Shown: piece by piece, positions 58,815-64,000 of the stretch
How the letters are laid out: every line of letters starts with the position of its first letter
Numbering within the stretch: position 1 is the first letter of the stretch
Source: Macrostomum hystrix
Taxonomy: Eukaryota > Animalia > Platyhelminthes
NCBI GenBank assembly: GCA_950097015.1
Contig: CATNEN010000002.1
Location: forward strand, 930,001-994,000
DNA: 64,000 nucleotides
Direction: 5' to 3'
Program-made: the position numbers and the translations under genes
Notes under the pieces: generated by a model
What the model was told of the DNA's origin: nothing
Seen by the model: only the letters and a program-made list of their open reading frames with translations
Databases searched by the model: none

Positions 58815-60235
58815 GAGGGTAGACAGAGACGAGTAAACAGAGGAGGGTAGACAGAGGAGAGTAGACAGAGGAGGGTAGACAGAGGAGAGTAGACAGAGGA
58901 GAGTAGACAGAGGAGAGTAGACAGAGGAGGGTAGACAGAGGAGAGTAGACAGAGGAGAGTAGACAGAGGAGAGTAGACAGAGGAGAGTAGACAGAGGAGA
59001 GTAGACAGAGGAGAGTAGACAGAGGAAAGTAGACAGAGAAGAGTAGACAGAGGAGGGTAGACAGAGGAGGGTAGACAGAGGAGAGTAGACAGAGGAGGGT
59101 AGACAGAGGAGAGTAGACAGAGGAGGGTAGACAGAGGAGGGTAGACAGAGGAGAGTAGACAGAGGAGGGTAGACAGAGGAGAGTAGACAGAGGAGAGTAG
59201 ACAGAGGAGAGTAGACAGAGGAGAGTAGATAGAGGAGAGTAGACAGAGGAGGGTAGACAGAGGAGGGTAGACAGAGGAGGGTAGACAGAGGAGAGTAGAC
59301 AGAGGAGAGTAGACATAGGAGAGTAGACAGAGGAGAGTAGACAGAGGAGAGTAGACAGAGGAGAGTAGACAGAGGAGAGTAGACAGAGGAGAGTAGACAG
59401 AGGAGAGTAGACAGAGGAGGGTAGACAGAGGAGAGTAGACAGAGGAGAGTAGACAGAGGAGGGTAGACAGAGGAGGGTAGACAGAGGAGAGTAGACAGAG
59501 GAGGGTAGACAGAGGAGGGTAGACAGAGGAGAGTAGACAGAGGAGGGTAGACAGAGGAGGGTAGACAGAGGAGAGTAGACAGAGGAGGGTAGACAGAGGA
59601 GAGTAGACAGAGGAGAGTAGACAGAGGAGAGTAGACAGAGGAGAGTAGATAGAGGAGAGTAGACAGAGGAGGGTAGACAGAGGAGGGTAGACAGAGGAGG
59701 GTAGACAGAGGAGAGTAGACAGAGGAGGGTAGACAGAGGAGGGTAGACAGAGGAGAGTAGACAGAGGAGGGTAGACAGAGGAGGGTAGACAGAGGAGAGT
59801 AGACAGAGGAGGGTAGACAGAGGAGGGTAGACAGAGGAGAGTAGACAGAGGAGGGTAGACAGAGGAGAGTAGACAGAGGAGAGTAGACAGAGGAGAGTAG
59901 ATAGAGGAGAGTAGACAGAGGAGGGTAGACAGAGGAGAGTAGATAGAGGAGAGTAGACAGAGGAGGGTAGACAGAGGAGGGTAGACAGAGGAGGGTAGAC
60001 AGAGGAGGGTAGACAGAGGAGAGTAGACAGAGGAGAGTAGACAGAGGAGGGTAGACAGAGGAGAGTAGACAGAGGAGAGTAGACATAGGAGAGTAGACAG
60101 AGGAGAGTAGACAGAGGAGAGTAGACAGAGGAGGGTAGACAGAGGAGGGTAGACAGAGGAGGGTAGACAGAGGAGGGTAGACAGAGGAGAGTAGACAGAG
60201 GAGAGTAGACAGAGGAGAGTAGACAGAGGATTAGA
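58815..60235. repeat. 14-bp minisatellite (AGACAGAGGAG[A/G]GT)n
   Basis: Visible tandem units. It explains the STLLCLLSSVY ORFs. Confidence 0.95.
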
Positions 60236-61244
60236 CGGAGGAGTAGACGGAGGATGGGAGACAGGTGAGGTAAATGCAGGAAAAATTGTTCAAGAGGACG
60301 AACGCTACTTACAAGTTCAGAGCCTGAGAGTCACGTCAAATCAGCGAATTGCAGTCAACTTTGCTCTTTCGAAATCACAAATAATCACCACTTGCTAAAC
60401 TAATAAATAAATGGTAAGAATTTCGAACAGGCAGACTGACAGACACGAACCTTGGCCTTGGAGAGCAAAGTTGCATGGGATTTGACTATAAAAATATTCT
60501 TATGTAAGGTGGGCATTGGTGACTGGGACGCTGGGGTAGGGAATCAGGGGGCTAGAGAGTGTGGGGGGGAAGGGAATGTACGTTTGCTGGGGCGCGCGGA
60601 CAGGCAGTGGTCGTGGACTGGCTATATCCTAGAAAAATCCCTTCAGAATCGAAAGCGCGTGTGGCATGCCTGGTAAGAGGAGGGTGGGATGAGAGTTGAG
60701 GGGAGAGAAAAATATGGAGGATTGAAGACTGGGGGTGAGGAAATTTTTTTGGTAATACAACAGACTAAAACACAAGGCTATGCGGTGTGGCACTGCTGCT
60801 GTGTCAACAAGAAACCGGTTGGAATCTATTAAATAAGAATTTTCTTGTTCTTAACACTGCTCATTACTCTAACCTGAATTTACTGCGCGGTCTCTACCAG
60901 CTCAAATGCAGTGTGTGTGTTTGTGTGCGTGTGTGCGTGTGCGCGCATTTTCACAAGAAATTTGCTCAAGAGAACCCCAACAAAAGCTTTATAGATGCAG
61001 CATTTCACTTGTTGCTTGCATCTCAGCCTCATTAGACTCCGCCACTCTAATTATGCAAATGGCTTCTCAAACCGTCTGCAGACACGAAATGGAATTAAGT
61101 GCCACTCGGTGTCTGTGGACCTGCCCCCCCGCTGCCGCATCGCTTTGAATCTGGCTGGTTGGTGGGTACAGCTGACAGTTGATGGCTTGTTGGCAGGCTA
61201 AACAATGCTGCCGCCTTTTAATTACTGAATCACTGCTTAACTGT

Positions 61245-61545
61245 CTACCTCTCTCTACCTCTCTCTCTCTACCTCTCTCTACCTCTCTCTACCTCTCTCT
61301 ACCTCTCTCTACCTCTCTCTACCTCTCTCTACCTCTCTCTACCTCCCTCTCTCTACCTCTCTCTACCTCTCTCTACCTCCCTCTCTGTACCTCTCTCTAC
61401 CTCTCTCTTATCTTCCTAACTATCGCAGGCTATCATCACAGTCTACTTCTCTTCTATCACAGTCTACTTCTCTTCTATCACAGTCTACTTCTCTTCTATC
61501 ATCACAGTCTACTTCTCTTCTATCACAGTCTACTTCTCTGCAATT
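61245..61545. repeat. (CTCTCTCTAC)n followed by 21-bp (ATCACAGTCTACTTCTCTTCT)n
   Basis: Visible tandem units. Confidence 0.9.
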
Positions 61546-61770
61546 ACATTCTACTTCAATATTTTCTTCTCTTCTCTCATTTTTTACTTCTCTATTATAA
61601 CATTGTGCCGTAATCATTGTTTTGTTATCATAATTTACCTCTTTATCATTGATCAACGATTTTCAAAAAGCATTTCAATCGAATAAAATATTAACATTAA
61701 TCCTACTAAAAGTAGTAGCCGAAGATATTGATAACATTAAAATGTCATTTTAAAAAATATTTACAACGTG

Positions 61771-61929
61771 GCTGCGGGCAATGACACATTATTTGGTGAC
61801 ACTAGATCCGCAACCAGCGAGGAGGCAATTCTGCCCATTTCGCTGATTCCTGAGCACACACTCACACAGATACCGTACGCAGGCACACGCTCACACAGGT
61901 GTGTACATCTGGCCTGACTTTCTCATCGG
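61771..61929. repeat. dispersed repeat copy B (homologous to 49630-49756)
   Basis: Same conserved blocks as copy A, with an extra ~30-nt CACAC-rich segment. Confidence 0.8.
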
Positions 61930-62061
61930 TAGGCAGTGTGCCTTCTCTCCGCGGCTGCGCCCCAAATAGAGGTTGACCGCTGTGCCAGTCATTCCCCAGC
62001 CCAAGACATTGTCAAGCATTTTTTTCAGTCGTAGCAGATCATCCTGACCAAAGAAGGCTCA

Positions 62062-62328
62062 CCGATTGGCCAGAATTCAGACCTTGCCAGTCAGATCCAT
62101 CGCCGTGACCCGGAAACCCAGCCTGGAATCTGTACAGGGTCGGGTCGAACTGAAGTCCGGTAATTAGATTAGCACCGCTTGACCGCAGACGGTTGTCCAG
62201 TAGGTTCTTCAGCTGGTGCGGGTCCTCAGAGAGTTCAGCAGGATGACCGACGGAAGTCAGGATCAGATCAGCCAGGATGGAGCCGGAACTGGATCGAGCG
62301 GTCGGTTGGATTGGCATTTTTAATTGGC
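62062..62328 (-). CDS. candidate exon encoding a SEA-domain-like C-terminal half
   Basis: GSILADLIL...QLKNLLDNRLRSSG...LQFDPTLYRF resembles the SEA pattern (GSVVV strand, helix, terminal strand). It is a GC-rich island in AT-rich DNA with a possible acceptor ttccaaaag and donor CG|gtgagc. Confidence 0.35.
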
Positions 62329-63509
62329 TTTTGGAAAGGAATTTTTGTGTTCTAGAGCCACGCGAACCGTCCAACACATTTAAGATGTGTTCGTTATTTT
62401 ACTTTAATTTAGAATCGGACACGTTAACTTATAATAATTTAACACGTTAGTTTACAGTTTAGGTCGGTAATTTAGAGTATTTATCGATAACTTAAAATGT
62501 AACACTTTAGTTAAAAATGTACCTTGCTAATTAATTAGAATGTGAAATGTTAGTTTAGAATGTAGCACATTAATTTGGAATGTAACATGGTAATTTAGAA
62601 AATATGGCATGGTATTTTTTGTATAAAGTACGGTCCAATATAGACTATAAACAAAAATTTAACATATTACATGGTAATTAAAAATATAAAACTGAAATAT
62701 AAATTTATAATGTAGTAATTTAAAATATAACCTTATAATTTAAATTATAATATTATAATTTAGAATATGACACTGTTCTTTTGAATATAAAACAAATAAA
62801 ATATAAAAGTGTAATTTAAACTATAAAACTGTAATTTTGAAAATAAAACTGAAATTAAAAATGTAACTATATAATTTAGAACATAACACGGTAATTTTGT
62901 GTTGAACACGTTGATCCATTGTTTAAAATAATTAAAAACTTTAACTTATTCTGTGTTTAAAACGTTGAAAGTGTAACATTAATTTATAGGGTATACGCTA
63001 ACTTAGAGTCTAGAGTGTTAATTTAGAGCCTAATTTAGAACACAATGGGGCCAGCGTAAAGCTTTTTGAGTTTGAGGCAAAGTCAATCTCGACATCAAAA
63101 CTGGCATTTCTAGACAGCATGCGTATAAAATTTAACTTCACTGCCTGAGAATTTTTTTTCTTCTCTTGCCTACTTACAACAAAAACAGTAGCGTAGTGGG
63201 ATTTTTTTCTACTTGTTAAAAAAATAAGAAACGATGAAAAAGCAAACATCCGGACAAGCGAGGTGAAATTCGGATGGAGGTCGGGCAATTCAGAGGCCGC
63301 CTTTAGAAGCAGACCATTGGAAACAAACGTTGCTTCTCATAGTACAAAAGACCTGTCGTAGTTTGTGGAGCAAGATTTGTGAGAAAACTTGGGAGATATG
63401 AAAGTAAGCCGGAAAGTTAAAAAAAAATTGTCGGGAGCAAAGAGGGTTGAGTTCTATTAGAACGGTTGAAGGGAACGGAGGAAGGGCAAGATGAAGGGGA
63501 AATGGTAGA

Positions 63510-63900
63510 CGAAGAATTTTAGAAGGGTATAGAGGAAGGGGAGAAGGGTAGAGGAAGGGGAGAAGGGTAGAGGAAGGGTGAGAAGGGTAGCGGAAGGGGG
63601 AGAAGGGTAGCGGAAGGGGAGAAGGGCAGAGGAAGGGGGAGAAGGGTAGCGGAAGGGGGAGAAGGGCAGAGGAAGGGGGAGAAGGGTAGAGGAAGGGGGA
63701 GAAGGGCAGAGGAAGCGGGAGAAGGGTAGAGGAAGGGGAGAAGGGCAGAGGAAGGGGGAGAAGGGTAGCGGAAGGGGGAGAAGGGTAGCGGAAGGTGGAG
63801 AAGGGCAGAGAAAGGGGGAGAAGGGTAGCGGAAGGGGGAGAAGGGCAGAGGAAGGGGGAGAAGGGTAGAGGAAGGGGGAGAAGGGTAGAGGAAGAGGGAT
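63510..63900. repeat. ~20-bp purine-rich minisatellite (GAAGGGGGAGAAGGGTAGAG)n
   Basis: Visible tandem units. Confidence 0.9.
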
Positions 63901-64000
63901 GGGAAATTATGTAGCGAATCAATTTCAATATGATTTAGAATCAAAAGCAATAGGAAGCGAAACAAGTAGAAGCTATCAAAGTGCTATCAATCTATCAATT

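Noticed and set aside
58731-60086. 451-aa STLLCLLSSVY ORF
   Set aside because: Translation of the 14-bp minisatellite.

Overview
Eukaryotic, intron-containing and satellite-rich DNA. The repeat style and short introns suggest an invertebrate, possibly a flatworm such as Macrostomum; that assignment is inference only. The left 38 kb is a paralog cluster of three HELZ2-like genes (RNB 3'-5' exoribonuclease plus UPF1-like SF1 helicase): one on the minus strand running off the left edge, and two complete 6-exon copies of about 2000 aa. Between the two complete copies is a tandemly duplicated unit carrying a B-box-like/coiled-coil/NHL gene (one intact, one frameshifted) and divergent truncated B-box fragments. 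The most striking signal is that the ~1 kb RNB catalytic core is nearly nucleotide-identical in all three helicase-nuclease paralogs, while the flanking putative RNA-binding segments are strongly diverged. Copies 2 and 3 are a mosaic of near-identical exons and diverged introns or blocks. The right part holds an orphan two-exon Gln/Pro-repeat gene, a 4-exon DCAF5/WDR22 ortholog with satellite-filled introns, and the last exon of a syndecan whose splice acceptor is amplified as a 30-bp tandem array. There are also mariner, Gypsy and LINE remnants and tRNA-derived SINEs, one with a perfect 13-bp TSD. Most long ORFs in the track over the satellites are artefacts. All identities were judged by eye; no alignments or database searches were run.
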